A DNA stretch of 64,000 nucleotides, from contig NC_058368.1 in assembly GCF_018350175.1 (NCBI RefSeq), forward strand, positions 130,326,001 to 130,390,000, read 5' to 3'. Below the pieces are notes generated by a model, which was not told the origin of the DNA, did no database searches, and was given only the letters and a program-made list of their open reading frames with translations. This DNA is from Felis catus (taxonomy: Eukaryota). The translations under genes and the position numbers were made by a program. Positions 47,906 through 61,856 of this stretch are shown in pieces (the first letter of the stretch is position 1; every line of letters begins with the position of its first letter).

Positions 47906-47935
47906 CAAATGATAATGACAGTTGGCTTTTGTTGA

Positions 47936-48085
47936 TTAGGTTGAACCATATAAAGTTGATATTTTCTAGGTTTCAAATGGTTACATATCAGCACATTCTG
48001 GTGCCATAAATTTGGATTATGTGGAATGGCCATTTTTGTGGGTGAAAACAATCACATTTGAGTAATTTTGTATGGTTTAACCTTA
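47936..48085. mobile_element. MADE2-like mariner MITE, apparent tandem dimer
   Basis: Terminal inverted repeats ttaggttgaaccatataaa and tttgtatggtttaacctta (16/19 complementary); two degenerate units of about 75 bp. Confidence 0.7.
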
Positions 48086-49159
48086 TGGTTTATAGAAAAT
48101 AAAATGTTGATATATCAAGATAAGGTGTACTTGTTAAGCCATGGTATTTCCTTCTTGAAAAGCACCCTCGGGAAAACTGTGTTCAAGCTAAAAGTAGTTA
48201 TTGTTGATTTTATGAATTGCCATATAATTTGTTAGGTTAATTAGATGTTATATTATACTCTTTGGAAGAACAGGTGAAACTCAACCTTCTGCTTATTGGT
48301 GATCAAATATTTAGTGAAGAAATAGGAAGTGCATGTCTCATCTATTATTTAATGATTTGTAATTATCTGTCACTGAATCAGAGGCTTCTCAAATGAAGCG
48401 TATATTTAAATTAGAATGAGAGCTGTCATCACTCTGTTCACTGTGGATGTAATAGTTGCACACTCTGATCCTCATTACCTTTTAAAACTTGAATTCAGAT
48501 GGAGAAAAACAGGTAACCAAAACAATTGGCACAATATTGTTCCCCTGGTCAACTAGGTTATTTTATAGAGGCTCTCCCCAGGAGAGAGGAGAACTGCCAT
48601 TAGCAGAAAAATTCAACACCACTGGAATTTTCTGAGGAGATACTGGCACAGATGGAACAATTAGTTGAGGGTTAGCTTTTGGAAATTAAAGTTTTTTTTT
48701 CCAGTGTCCCTTAGGCAGCAGTGCAGATAGGAAATCAGAAATTGAAATGAGAGCATAAAAAAGTAGGAAATGAAGCATATTAGAAGATGTGTATACATTA
48801 AAAGGTTTGCTAGAGAGGCAATCAGAAGTGTTTGTAAGTAGAGTTCAAGAATCTTAAAGGACTACTGGTTTAATATAAAAAAAAATTGTAAGGCCTAAGC
48901 CAGGATGGATGAAAGATATGGAAGGTACCTAATGGCCCTATAAAGATGACTGAGAGGAAGCCAAGAAAACATTTATCTTTTCAACAAAATTTCTTGAATA
49001 TCTTCGCTAGTTGACTCGTGCATCTTCTGCATACAACAGGTTGACCAAAAACTGTTCATTGAATGAATGTGTATAATATAATAGGATAATATTAATTGGA
49101 CTCTGAGCAAATTTCCCAGAGACTTTGAATAATGAAAACTTTCCATCCTATTTTCAAAA

Positions 49160-49300
49160 TAGGTAGGATTGTACAGTGGAAAAGAACTGTATCTGGACTC
49201 AGACATATTTGAGTTCAAATCCTGGATCCCTTTCCCAAAGTATGTGTGATCTAGTATAGTTACTGGTTCCATTACTGATAGTGTCCCTACTGAAATGGGT
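49160..49300 (+). mobile_element. MIR fossil
   Basis: acagtggaaaagaactg...tggactcagac...gagttcaaatcctgg. Confidence 0.65.
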
Positions 49301-52300
49301 GGGTCACATCTTTCAATAACTTTTTTAATACTATATGACAAGAACACATATCTCTTTTAATTTTTAAAGATTATTTTCTCATGCCTTTCATACTGTTCCT
49401 CTTGATTAGTTGCCATTTCTTGCAGATTCACTCTTTTTTTATGACCAGTTTCATTGGATCACCAATGACAATGACTGTAGAAATATACTTGTTATATCTG
49501 TCCATGGTGTTTCTCCATCTTAAAAAAAAAAGCTTTTTATGGTTGAATGCATACTCAACTCATTGGGTTATTAAGTGTCTTGGGTCTGCCTTGGAAATGT
49601 ATTGACCAAATATTCTAACATGGTGTTTGAAGTGGTTGAGAGGAATTAAATAGGAATCAAATTGAAGTTTAAAATACTTTCTGATAATAGCATCAATTTA
49701 GTAATGGACTAAATGAATGTCAATAAAAAGAGGCAATGAGTAGCCAGCCAGCCTAGAAAAGCACCAGTTGTATTAACTGGGAATATTTGTATGTAAAATT
49801 TTAACATTAGTTGATAGCAACTTATCACAGTAACTTCTCTAGGGGCTTCAGTCACATTCAGAGATTTATTTCTGCTTGTGGCATAGCCTGACTCTAAAGA
49901 GAACATCTTGGGCAATTGAGCTTATGCTTCTATGAAAAAGCTTCTCATTCAACATTCAAGCTGAATTTTGTCTGCATGATCCCTATAATTTCTGTTCCCT
50001 ATTTTCCTAGGAGACATAACGTAGCAATAAGCATTCAAACTAAGAGACACTTGGTAGGATATTATCAATTATCAATTCACCCAGAAAGTTCTTTGGTCAA
50101 AAGACCACCAATAAGGGCCAACTGTAGGGAAAATGGCAAATTGCACTGACTGCAAACTTAATTATAATTGGGAATCCTTTTTCTACATAAGAAACTATAA
50201 AGTTTTCACGAGGCAGTGAAGACATTGACCTGAAGTCCTGCCATTATTTGTCCTTTTTTGTGTACATCTCATATTCTAAACCTTTGCCCTTTATCTGCAA
50301 ATCCCTTCTCCCAAATGCCAGTTCAAACTCACCTTCTAGTACTTGTTCCCTCAAGCTTAGCCTGTATTTTCTGTAATAATAGTTAATTACTGTCTAATTC
50401 ATGTAGTCTCAGGCATAAGGCATGCTGAGTTTCCCTTAGCAGTGTAGGGTGGTAGCTTGCATGGCGGTCAGCGTGGATATGGGGAAACATGACACTCCTG
50501 ATGTCCCATGGACAGCTACAAGATTCATGGATATGCTGTGTCTGGAGGGGATGAGTGAATGCAGTATGATTAAGTCAGTCATCTCCTGGATAAAATAATG
50601 AGTTATTTTTTTCTCAGAAGAAAAGCTTATGAGTTATCAATTATTTCATTTGTTGGGTAGACAAATTAATACAAGTGAATTGTAATGTGTTCAGGTGGAC
50701 GATTTATAGTCATGGTGTACACATTAAATTCACAAAGATAAGGCCATGAGGCTCACTAAACCCTTCTATTTGTAGTCAAGATAAAGTATGTTACTGATTT
50801 TCTATAAGGAAAATACTGGTTTTATAATATTGCCTTTAAAGTAATTATGGTGGCTGGAAAGACAAAGCACTGGACATACATATATTGATCATCGTGATAT
50901 GTTACTGTCATAAACTTTACTAGATACACTGTGTTTAATGGGAATGGTTGGTGAGTTTAGATTCTAATTATAGAATTGATAATAAATACAAAATTCTAAT
51001 ATTTCAAGATTATATGACTTCTCAAATAAAATATTTATGAATTGATATGAATTTGATATACATATATTTATTTAAGAGTCCTCATTTACTTATGCACTAT
51101 GATCTATTTGTCTTTTAATAGCTATTAAGAATGAGGGCTTATTTCATTATTCTTCTAAATATTTTTAAATATCTTGTGCTTCTGTAAGACTGTGATTATA
51201 TCAAAAAACAAACATGCTCACTTCTATGTAATTTTACAGGAGGATGAACACAGATAGAATTCTAATTAGAACCATGTTTATAAAGCAACTTGATGTAGGT
51301 TTGCTTTCATGGTGAAGCAATAAATGTTGCACTGGAAGATGCCATGATCTCATTTTTTGAGGAGGACGTACTGGCAAAGACATGTGAACACCTCTAGATC
51401 CTTCCTTATCCTAAGTCAGTGTAGGGCCATTTGGCAGCATCAGATTGGAAGGCATACCTGCGGTAGAACTAGAAGATTTTATTTGCCTCTTAAAATTGTT
51501 ATTTGTTTTTTGGCCTGTGAAGATGGTGTCCCTCCAAATTTCTTCAGAGCGGTGACTTTTTTCTTATTCTACTGGAAAGCACTCCAAACTGTTCCTGGAC
51601 GAGGTCACTGCCTACATATCTAGAGCCCCAATGTTGCTCCAGAGGTGAATTTAAAGAAGTAGGTGGAGATCACGGAATTAATTTTCTTTATTATTAAGTT
51701 CTGAAATGTTAAATGAACATTGTATCTGCTCTGAGGGATAACCAAAAATGAATATTTCTCTTCTTGTGTTTGTGGTTTGGGTTTAATATGTTTTGTTCCC
51801 AAAGAATTCCAAGGGAACATCTTCTTGTATATGCATTTATAAATTTGTCTTCTGTATCAGGAGGCCATGGAAATCCAGTTAATTAATTGGGTTTTGACAG
51901 GTTGAAGGAACAGATGGATGGTGGTTACCAAAAGCCTTCCATGGGCTGTTAATATGCAAATAGACCAGTAAGTTATACCTGCTCTTGTTTTTGAGAATAC
52001 ATATCAGCTTCCTAAGCTCTACAGAATTAAAATAAAGAATAGTTTGAGTATTAGCGTTCAGTATGTTTATTTTAGAGTTAAATGACAGATGATTTCTTTA
52101 GATTGCACAGCATATATAAATCCTGTTGATTTGTGAACCTGAGGCTTTCACTAATTCTCTAATCATTGGTGACTTAGCTGACTTTAATTCTATTTGTTCA
52201 TTGCACCGTACTAGAATGCACCGTAAGCTAGAATGTAGGTGGCTGATTTTGATTTGACACTTCTGATTGGGAACTGCATTGTGGAGATGACCTCGTCAAA

Positions 52301-53864
52301 ATCAAATAAATTTGACCAAGACATTAAATGAGCACCTCCAACATACCTAATACAATACAGATGTCTTTTCTGGGTTGCACAGATATCTGTGACAGTTAAA
52401 ATGAGTCCTCTTGTTCCTTGGTCCCTTAGCATCTAATTTTAACTAACCCTGGAAGGAAAGTCCAATAAGCTGTGTAGTGCTGCCTGCAAATCAGCAGGGA
52501 CCAGTTCATCTGACCTTAGAATGCAGTCAGTAAAATTTTCATAAAAATTAGGGTTGGATGCTGTCTACAGGATGCTTATTCTGTAGACATTTGATATTAA
52601 CTCACTATACAACAATATATGTGGGAAAATCAACTGACAATTTTTAGAAGTAGCGTTTTTTTTGAAGTTTGAAAGATAACCTTTTGTTTTTTTAAAACTA
52701 TCTGTAAACAGTCCCACTCTCTTTCTCTTTCTGTTCTTTTCAGTCTTTGTATTTTTCCTTCTTCAATCCTTAATTTTGTCCTTTTTTTTTCCTTTCAGGG
52801 TAAAGAGATAGTAGAAGGGAGATAATTCCAATAAAAGAGAGGGTCACAATAAGAGATTATAGTATATATTTTGATGTATTTTGTGTTTGGATTGCATTGC
52901 CTATTTTCACATATTTATGTTGAAAAGCTGACAAGCTGAATTATTAATATTTTTTGAATGTTTCTTATTTTTACCATTTTTTTCCTTATAGAAAATCAGT
53001 AACATACTTAGAATCGATGTCAGAAATGTTTGTTTCTGGATTGAATTAATAATCTCTGTATTTTAGTTTTAAGGTTTTTTTTTTCTTTTTCTTTTCCTTT
53101 TTTTTGGGGGGGGGGCCCACAGTAAGGAGGAAGAAGTTAGCTCATCAAATAGCTTATAGACTAGGCAGAGAACTGGGTGCAAGATCTGATGCCAAAATGC
53201 GGTATGAGTTGGGATCACAGGAAAGAAGAGATTTAGGTTTAGTGAATAGAAAAGTAGGAGGTGGTCTGGAGGATCTACTGGTCAGGTGCCAACATCTCTT
53301 CCCATACTTGGGAGACTTGGATTCATTTAAAAGACTTGGATTCAGTCTTAGAACAGGTTGGATACCATGATTTTCATATCCCTTTTACTTACCAAACTCT
53401 TATATTATATGAAATCTTGAACTGACTGTATGTCTTAGATAGGTGAAAATGATAATAGTTAGGTGGCACCCCACTTTATTGACCTCATATGAAAATGGTC
53501 TGAGTGAACCTCTGTCTTTTCAGAGCACAGCTTGAAAACTACTATGTTAGCCATGCATTCGGATTTTGTTTCAGAAAGCAAGGTCAGTATGACTAATTTT
53601 TGCTGTCACCTTTTAGTGAGTTCTTTACACATGAGAGATTAAACTGTGGGTGGGGACTTGATGGACACCACACGGAGGGTCTTCGAAGGTGGTGTGAGAA
53701 TGTACCTGAGTCATGCTGCAGTTGTGTGTTCCTGAATGGTACACCGGGGCTGACAGAAGAGGACCTCAGGAAAACAGAATTGTAGTCATGTCTGAACCAG
53801 ATAGCCTTCCTTCCTCAATGCAGTAGTTAAGGTTCATGGTGTTTTCTGAGGCAGAGTTCACTAG

Positions 53865-54210
53865 TCATTCCCACTCTCTGAGATATTCTTTTCCAGCTCA
53901 TTCTATAGTTCCTTGTTCTTGTCCTTCAAGTGTTAGATCATAGGTCACCTGCTCAAAATGACCTTTCTCGCTGCTCTGTCTCTCTTAGGTTCTCTTCTTC
54001 CAGTTTTATTATTAATAAGCAACACAACACCCTGCTCATCTTTTCAGAGACTTTAAGAAGAGTTTTAGCTTGCTTAGTTTTAGTCCTTCTTATTAGAATG
54101 TAATTTCTGTGGGACCATATCTGTCTTATGCACTCTCATGACTTCAGTATCTGGTGGGTACAGTACATGGTACAGGGTAGATAGTAAATTTTTGTTGAAT
54201 GAATGCATGA
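53865..54210 (+). mobile_element. L2 3' end fossil
   Basis: tccttcaag...tcacctgctc...ttagaatgtaa...atctgtctt...aatttttgttgaatgaatg. Confidence 0.75.
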
Positions 54211-57200
54211 GAAAGTTTATATGAGAGGTATAAAACATAATAGAGGCCACTAGAGAATGCAGTGGGGACGTTTATTTTATGAAGTTTCCCACAACAGTGA
54301 AGTATTAATGTTTTGCAATATTTCTTTTAAAGAAAACAGTGGAACTTTGTGCATTAGAGCATTCATTAGTAATAAAGAAATCAATGCTTGTAAAGCAGAG
54401 TATACATAGGTGTTTAATCAGTCATCTATGATAAAAGATACATGATACTGGGAAACACAGTAAATAAGATAAGGCCACCTGGTAGAGCTATAGAGTATAT
54501 ATTTTCCATCCTTTCGTTATTATAGCTAAGTGACATTAAAATTAATGACCTATATATTTATCCTAAAGGTAGTGCCATTCTGTACTATTCTTTCTGTCAT
54601 GGTATTTGATAGCACTTGGGAGTAAATGTTTCCCTTCTAAATGATGATACTTGGATCCATAGCAGTCCCCTGTGGATCCCTGCAAGGCTAACGTGGGAGA
54701 GGCTGATGATAGAGGCATAATGTTGTGTAGAGAGGATGCAGAGGACCATGATGGCAACCTGCTGGTAGACAGGTATTAGAGCCAAGGAAGATGGTTTTAA
54801 TAGGCTCAGGACACTTAGAAGAGTTGGGGGAATAGTTGGCTCTTCTTTTTTATGCCTATTTTTTTCAACAGTGGGTTTGTTCATATTTCATTTCAAGCAC
54901 CAATGCCTTAAGGAAACATGACTTAATTATGATCAGGTGAGTTAGTAATTTTGGAAGGAGGATGGGACAAGAAACTAATAGCTATGGAATGCCTGCTGGG
55001 TTATGTGCTAAGTACATTTATACCCATTATCTCCTAGAAATTCCAGCTGGAGACTCAAGTATGCAACAGCTGACACCTGGATCTCACATTCCTGGCAGTG
55101 AGGAAAAGGCTCATCTCTTACCATCACACCCTAGTTATCAGTGATGTTGGTGTCTGGCTTTTCCTATGAACCAAAAAACAAGAGTTAGAATTTTTGCTTA
55201 GGAAGATTTTGGTCTGAACTCTGAATTAACATTTCATTTAGGTCTTTTTATGAAGAGGGTTGGGAAAATGACGAGTCATGACAATAAACCATATCTGCAC
55301 ATGATTCTACATTTTTCTTACCTGATAGATGTTACAACTATATTTATTGCTTCATTTTCATTTATTAGACAGCTGTTGTTAAAGTAGCATGGATTGCTAC
55401 TTCTGTAAAAATGAGAGCTTTGCGAAGTTTACTCATCTCCATTGTGTACTGAAAGCAAAGTTAAATCATGTATATGTGCTTTAAATTAAGCCTGCGTGAG
55501 TCATTAATGATTAAGTGATGTTTGAATGTGTGGGCTTCTGATTTACAATGACAGAATCCAGATTATAAAATTTAGAAAATGTAATCTGGAATGTAGGTTG
55601 ATAAAAATCAGTCTCTATGGGTAAAATTAACAAAGATATCATAAATATAACATTGCATCTGATTGAATGGCTGTGGAGGGTTGGCATTTGAGTTAGCCTA
55701 TTTAATATGAAAGTACTCATTTTTGGACTATCCCATGAATATAGCCTTCTCTCTGTCACCAGTGCCTCCATTCACTTTCACAAATTCCCACCAGCTCCCA
55801 AATTGATAAATGGCCTCTATGAATGTTTAGAAGTAAATTGAATTTGACTTTTTTTACTTTTGAAATTGCTGTGGCACCCCTTGAGCCCTTGAGTCCTACC
55901 TCTGTTGTGTGGTTAAAGACAGAGTTAGTAGTCCCAGGACCCAGGCAATGCTAGTTCTGTAGGCCCTGGGATGGCCAGAAGCTTAAGGTGTCCTCCAATA
56001 AAACTAACCCCCTGTTTTTCTTGCCTTACAAGCCAGGACACATTCCATTCAGAAAGATCCCTCACCTTGTGCTTTGTGCTGTCCTCTCAGCCTGTCACAT
56101 CTGCTACTGCTGCTTCTCTGAGTCACCAGGCTCACAGAATGCTCCTCAGTTCCAGGCTGCTGTGAACAACACACTTAAAGAGAGGAGAAAAATAAAATAG
56201 GACTGGTGTTTACACCTGAATCTCCTTCTCCTCTAACATAGAACTTGGTTCATTGTAAAACTGTCTTGGACTCTAGTTTCTTGGTCACTGGGACTGCTTT
56301 GTAGCCTTCCTTTCCTCTGACACATAATATTTTCTCAGAGTTCGGTGGGGGTAGCCTAGATCCTACCATTTTAACCCAGCTCTGCTGAGAAATGTTGGGA
56401 TTGTAGGTTCCAATGAGTGGTCCCTTAGGTTTAGGCTTGTGTATTGAGTTTTAAAAACCTCTTCTACTTCTTGTAGATTTGAGAATGCGAACAAGTGATT
56501 ATATTCAATACTGCATAAACTTGCTTGTACATGTTTTTAAATCAACCATTACAACACAAATTACCTTAAAAATGTAATAGTACCTAGTCAGATGTTAGTA
56601 TCCTTTTGGAGGTGTCATCAATTACATGTCCAGATTACAGACTGAGTAAAGGTCATTCCTAGTCACTGATTCTACCAGATAGACTGTCAGGTGGGAGAGT
56701 TGCTTTAGAATGCAGTTTAGTTTAAGGACAGGGCACCCTCTTACAAATCCATTTCTGAGGTAGGAGCTATTTGCATTAACATATTTATTCATGAATTTTC
56801 CAAAGCACAGAGAGAATGATTGAAGTTTCCCTTCTTCTTAAGAATGCATGAATTTAGCTTCATTCGTTGTTGTATGCTTCTTGATTTTTAGTTGGAATAA
56901 TTCAGAGGGCCTTGATTTCTTGCTCTCAGAAGCAGGCCCTTGGCTAATCTGTCAGAGGCAATTAGCTACTTTTGGGGAATTGGAAGAAGCCTAGTGAAGG
57001 TCAGGACACCAATTCTTACCAGTGTGCCTTGTTCAGATATCATCTCCACTCCCATTGATAGAATTTTATTTATAGCTTTTGTAAATTAAGGTATTTGTGA
57101 AAGTTAATTTGGATGAGGGAATCATTATCTAAGGGAGAAAAACAGAGCAGGAGAATAATAATAGAAGCCAAGAGCTGGCCTAAGTTAGATTTCAGAATGA

Positions 57201-57635
57201 AAGCAACATTCATATCTACATTAGGATTGTAGAAGATCTTTGATGGTAGAGAATAAAGCTGAGATATTGCCTCAGAGCGTCTCAGAGAATTGGGCCTGAA
57301 TGAAGAGACCTCCCTGGTGGCTTCAAGAGGAGGAAACTTTTCTATGCACCATCTCCTTTGAACAGAAGACTGGCCTCATGCTGCCAATGAGTAGAATCAT
57401 AGAAGCACACTAGCAAAGACCTAGATAGAAAATTGGTAGGGTTAAAAGAACAAATTTCTGAGACAGCCTTGCATAGATTGGAAGATTCCAACATAGCTAT
57501 GTAATCAGTGGCTTAATGACCACAGAGAAGAGATCAGTCCCAGAAAGGTGACTCTTAAAGTTGGAGACAAATCTACAGAGTTAGAGAAATGGTTGAAGTA
57601 GAAAAATGCTGGATTCCTTAGCAATATTATATACT

Positions 57636-57636
<1 letters not shown>

Positions 57637-57688
<52 letters not shown>

Positions 57689-57700
57689 ATCTATCTACAT
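57637..57700. repeat. (TATC)13 / GATA tetranucleotide STR
   Basis: Thirteen perfect units at 57637-57688, then degenerate. Confidence 0.97.
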
Positions 57701-59892
57701 ACCACCATCTACATATCTATCTAACTATTTCAATGGTTTATACTCCAAAGATGAGTAGTTACCAAATGGATTGAGATTACTCTAGCCTTCATGTTGACTT
57801 ATGCTCTATGATTCATAAGTTCTGATTTAGGGATAGTGCTATGTTGTGTATATTTGTCCATGTAGAAGTAACTGGGGGTAGAAAATAGGAAAAGTCATTG
57901 AGGGGAGAATTCTGTAATTCTTCCTTCTTCCTTCGTGGTAGTCCTTGAAAGCCAAGAAATTGAGGACTTTGTACTCCTAACATGGCCCTGGGGCCCTGAG
58001 GCAGCTGGAAAATCGGTTTTTGCTTGATCACTGCTGGCTTCCTAAGCCACAGGCAGGAGGAAGAGTGTTCCCACATTGCAGGTATTTGAGAGCTTTCTGT
58101 GATGTTCTAAGACAAGTGATAGTTGTGTTTGTGCCTCTCAGGCTCTGTTGATAGACGTCCTTAAGAGAAAGATCAGTGACTTGGATTTCTCTGGCATCTT
58201 GTAGTTAAGCTTCTGAATCCCTGAATCACTTCTTGGGGAGCCAGTACCAGAGTGCTGGAAGGTTTATCCCTCTTCTACTGTGATACTGAAGGACTGGGCA
58301 AGTGTTTGACCAGAAATTCCACAGATTCATATTCATAAGGTGCTTTGTGCAGCATGTCTCTGAGTCAGAAGACGCTTTGCTTGTTATCAATGTATTTTGT
58401 CATGAACTCATGAAACCTGAAGTCAGACAGAATGCCAATATAAAAATTGGGTGTATCTATTTCATTACTGAAAAGATGGGACAATTTTGGTTCAGAATGC
58501 AGTTCCTGAAGAGACCTGAAGGACTGTGAAGTTGAATTTAGTACTAATCACACTGTCTGGCCCTGAACCCAGCTAGTCTCATGTTTCAGGGATGAAAACA
58601 AAGGGAAAAGGCCAACTCTAAACTTGGAAGCACAAATTTCAAAAAAAAAAAAAAAAGCGCCACTCCCTGCTTGCAAATAAGTAGGGCTTCCCAAGAGAGA
58701 CAGCAAAACTAGGAAGAGTTCCAAAAATGACTGTTCCACATCTTCCTCTGGTTCCCCAATTTGGCAGAAAAACCCTGGCATTATTAAAGGCTGTACAGTT
58801 GACAGGAACCTGTATTATAGAGGAGGAATCTACAAAGGAGTGCCCAAAGGAGGTGGTTCCAGTTTCCCCAAAGCCTTGTGATCACTGTGGAGAGTGGGAG
58901 CTGCAGACACTGGGAGAAAAGATCTTAAATGGTAAGGTATTGCTGCAAGGGCATGAGTCTGGATGAATCAAGAGGCAAGAAAGAGGTTAGGGGCTCCTGA
59001 AGTAGTTGATAGTTGATAGTTGGTAAGAGTCTTGCCTAAGGAGGTAGAGTGGGGATGAGGAAGAAATGTTCCAAGGGTGAAACCCCCAGTATGACCATGC
59101 CTCTTAAGTTGAAGAGTTTCAGTGTGTTAAACTTCTCAGTGTTGCATGGGATGAAGTGTGAGAGTGAGAAAGCTCAGGCATAGATGTCTGGAAGTTAGAC
59201 TCAAGCTTCTGCTCGTCACACAACTTGTAATTTATATCCCCCACACTCAAAACCACTAGCACCAGTTACTTCCAGCTTCAGAGTCCTTAGTTCTGCTTTC
59301 TCCAATGTCCTCCCCTGTCTCCACATCCCCAGGAAACCCTGTGTCCCAGTGTGAACTATCCCATTTTAGAAGTAATTGTGATTCACTAGGCCATAGCTTT
59401 ATTAATTTTTTGTTTTGGTTTGTTTTCGTTTTGTTTTAAAATCAAGTCTCCTGTCCCTAAGAGACCCAGCAACGATAGAAGATAAATGAAACCTGTATTT
59501 ATTATAGCTTTCACAACATAAATCATCTCGCCCTTGGTGAATGGGCAGATGGCTTCTTGTGAGGCTGCAAAATGACTGCACCCAGGCACATGAAAGAACA
59601 GAAACCAAAGAGTATGATATGAGAATATTCAGAAAGGTTGTTTTAAGAAATTTTGGCTTTGCTTTTCCCTTCAGCTCTAAAATACTCTGTGGACTTAGAA
59701 CTTGCCCAGGAGTGGAAGGGCGTGGCTTCTATAGTGTAAGGCTCATTGTGAGCGTGTTGGGCAGGATAAGCAGGTCCATGTGGCTCTAAGCATCTTTCTC
59801 AGGGTGAGAGAAGATAACCATCACGTGGTGCTGAATCCAAGTGGAATTAGAAACAGACCAAAGATAATAGGTCTCTGGACAGAATCGTTTCC

Positions 59893-60036
59893 ACAGTGGG
59901 TTCCAAACCTAGCCACATGGCCAAACCTCCCAAGAGTTTTTCTACAGATCTCTGAGCCAAACTTGAGATTTGAATCAGAACTTTTAAGATTTGGCCCTGG
60001 AAATTTGCACTTTTATAAAAGTTGTTCAGGTGACTA
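59893..60036. mobile_element. MER5-like fragment
   Basis: cagtgggttccaaacc...tgaatcagaact...ggaaatttgcacttttataaaag...caggtga. Confidence 0.6.
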
Positions 60037-60820
60037 GTAGTCGTGATCAGGTTCATAAACTCCATTACTGCCGATTGAAGTGAGAATGTAAGAAACCCAG
60101 AAGCAAGGTTGAATTTCTCCACAGATGGCAACCTTGGCGAAGTACCTCTCGGTTTCACTTCTTTCTTATAAAATATGAGCCTCCTAGGTCTCTCCAGGCT
60201 CTAAAATGTTATGATTCAATAAATGGGAGTTGTGACCATAGTTTCAGCCATTATGTTTCTGTTTTTGTGCCTTTGGGCTTAGAAACTCATTTTCAGAGCC
60301 CACTATTAATGTAGATGGAGTTGATGGCTGACTGTGGAGTCCATTTGAAGGGTTCCTGGGAGGACTTTCTCCCTCAGAACACCAACCTGCTTTCAGTCTC
60401 AGAAATTTCTCCATTAGAGGAAGGGGTTAAGGTGAGGTCTCTTTATGTACATACTTAGGTCCCCTTTAGTAAGGGTTGGTAAATGCATTAGCAAATTAAT
60501 AATAGTTTTGTATCAATATTTTGGAATTCTCAACCCCTGTTTCTTTAAGACCTTTGATGAAGGATCTATAAGACCTTTGATGAAGGATGTTTCTGTGTCC
60601 CTCTTACTGATAGAGTCAGGTTTGTGTCTGATGCCAGCTGGACCTGTACTCTTTACCTTCATTCTATAAAAGCATCTCAGAATGCAAATACTGTGAGTGA
60701 CATTATTATTAGAATAACCTAGAATCTGGTCAACTTTTATAAGAATAAAAGTATAGCTAATTCTCTAAGTTTGATATGAGTAAAAAAAATTACTTGGGCC
60801 TTACCTCCTCTGATTGTGTC

Positions 60821-61234
60821 TGTATTAGCTTGCTAGGGCTACCACAATGAAGTACCACAAACTGGGTGGCTTCACCAACAGGAATTTATTGTCTTATGGT
60901 TCTGGAGGCCAGAAAGTCTCAAATCAAGGGGTCACCAGGATTGGTTCCTTTTTAGGAAGGATCTGTCCCAGACCTCTCTCTATGGCTTGTAGGTGGCCAT
61001 CTTCTCCCTGGATCCCTTCAAATTGTCTTCTCTCCAGACATGCCTGTCCCTGTGTCCAAATTTCCCCCTTTCACAAGGACACCAATCATATGGCATGAGG
61101 ACTCATCCTGATGACCTCATTTTCATTTGATCATGTGCCAAGACTATATTTCCCATTAAGATCATATTCACAGCTACAGAGAATTAGGTTAGAGCCTCAA
61201 CATCTTTGGGGAAAATACAGTTAAACCCTTAACA
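60821..61234 (-). mobile_element. MLT1 (B/C-like) solo LTR
   Basis: tgtattagcttgctagggctaccacaatgaagtaccacaaactgggtggctt...aaggacaccaatcatat...aacccttaaca with TG...CA termini. Confidence 0.9.
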
Positions 61235-61550
61235 GTAGCATTCCATTGTATCGTGGCATTGATGCTGAAGAATGAGTGAATTAATTTATGAGGTGGGTTA
61301 TGGTCCTCAGGAAATTAATAAAGACTTTATTAAGTTATAATTAATAATTTATACAAACTTTAGACAATTTTTTTTTTCTGGTGGGAGATGAAGAGATTAA
61401 AGGTGGACCACTGGAACTACCAGGGGCATGACGGGCCCAGATTGAACTTGCCAACAAAAAGTAATTGGTAATGAATGGTTGTAGGGAGGATTGCCATGAC
61501 TGGGGAGTCTACCTTATAGTATTTTTAAAGACACCAAACAAAACTTAACC

Positions 61551-61610
61551 GTCTTCATTGGATACTCCATACAGACAAGTGTCTTCATTGGATACTCCAT
61601 ACAGACAAGT
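61551..61610. repeat. Perfect 30-bp tandem duplication
   Basis: gtcttcattggatactccatacagacaagt occurs twice in tandem. Confidence 0.97.
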
Positions 61611-61856
61611 GTGGGAAGGGTAAGCTTTTTAGAGCAAGTTTTGAGTCAACAGTTATTTTGCATGTATGCCCCTGAAAGTTTCATACAAAGTAGCATTAAA
61701 TTTTTATGATACATAACCATCTTATGGTTATAAGACCAACATTAATACCATCATTAATAAAAGTAGTACTTTGTCCCAAACTGCTATTTTCCTTTTGGTG
61801 TAGATTAAGATTGTACAATTGCACAGCACACATACTGTACACGGACATGCACTTTG

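Noticed and set aside
51240..51294. Exon-like ttttacAG...GAT|GTAGGT unit
   Set aside because: It is 55 nt (frameshifting), has a weak donor and gives an unrecognisable peptide.
52715..52800. Strong pyrimidine tract ending in tttcAG
   Set aside because: No convincing downstream exon or donor, and T-rich tracts are common here.
61551..61610. 30-bp direct repeat as a CRISPR array
   Set aside because: Only two abutting copies, no spacers, no cas genes, and the DNA is mammalian.
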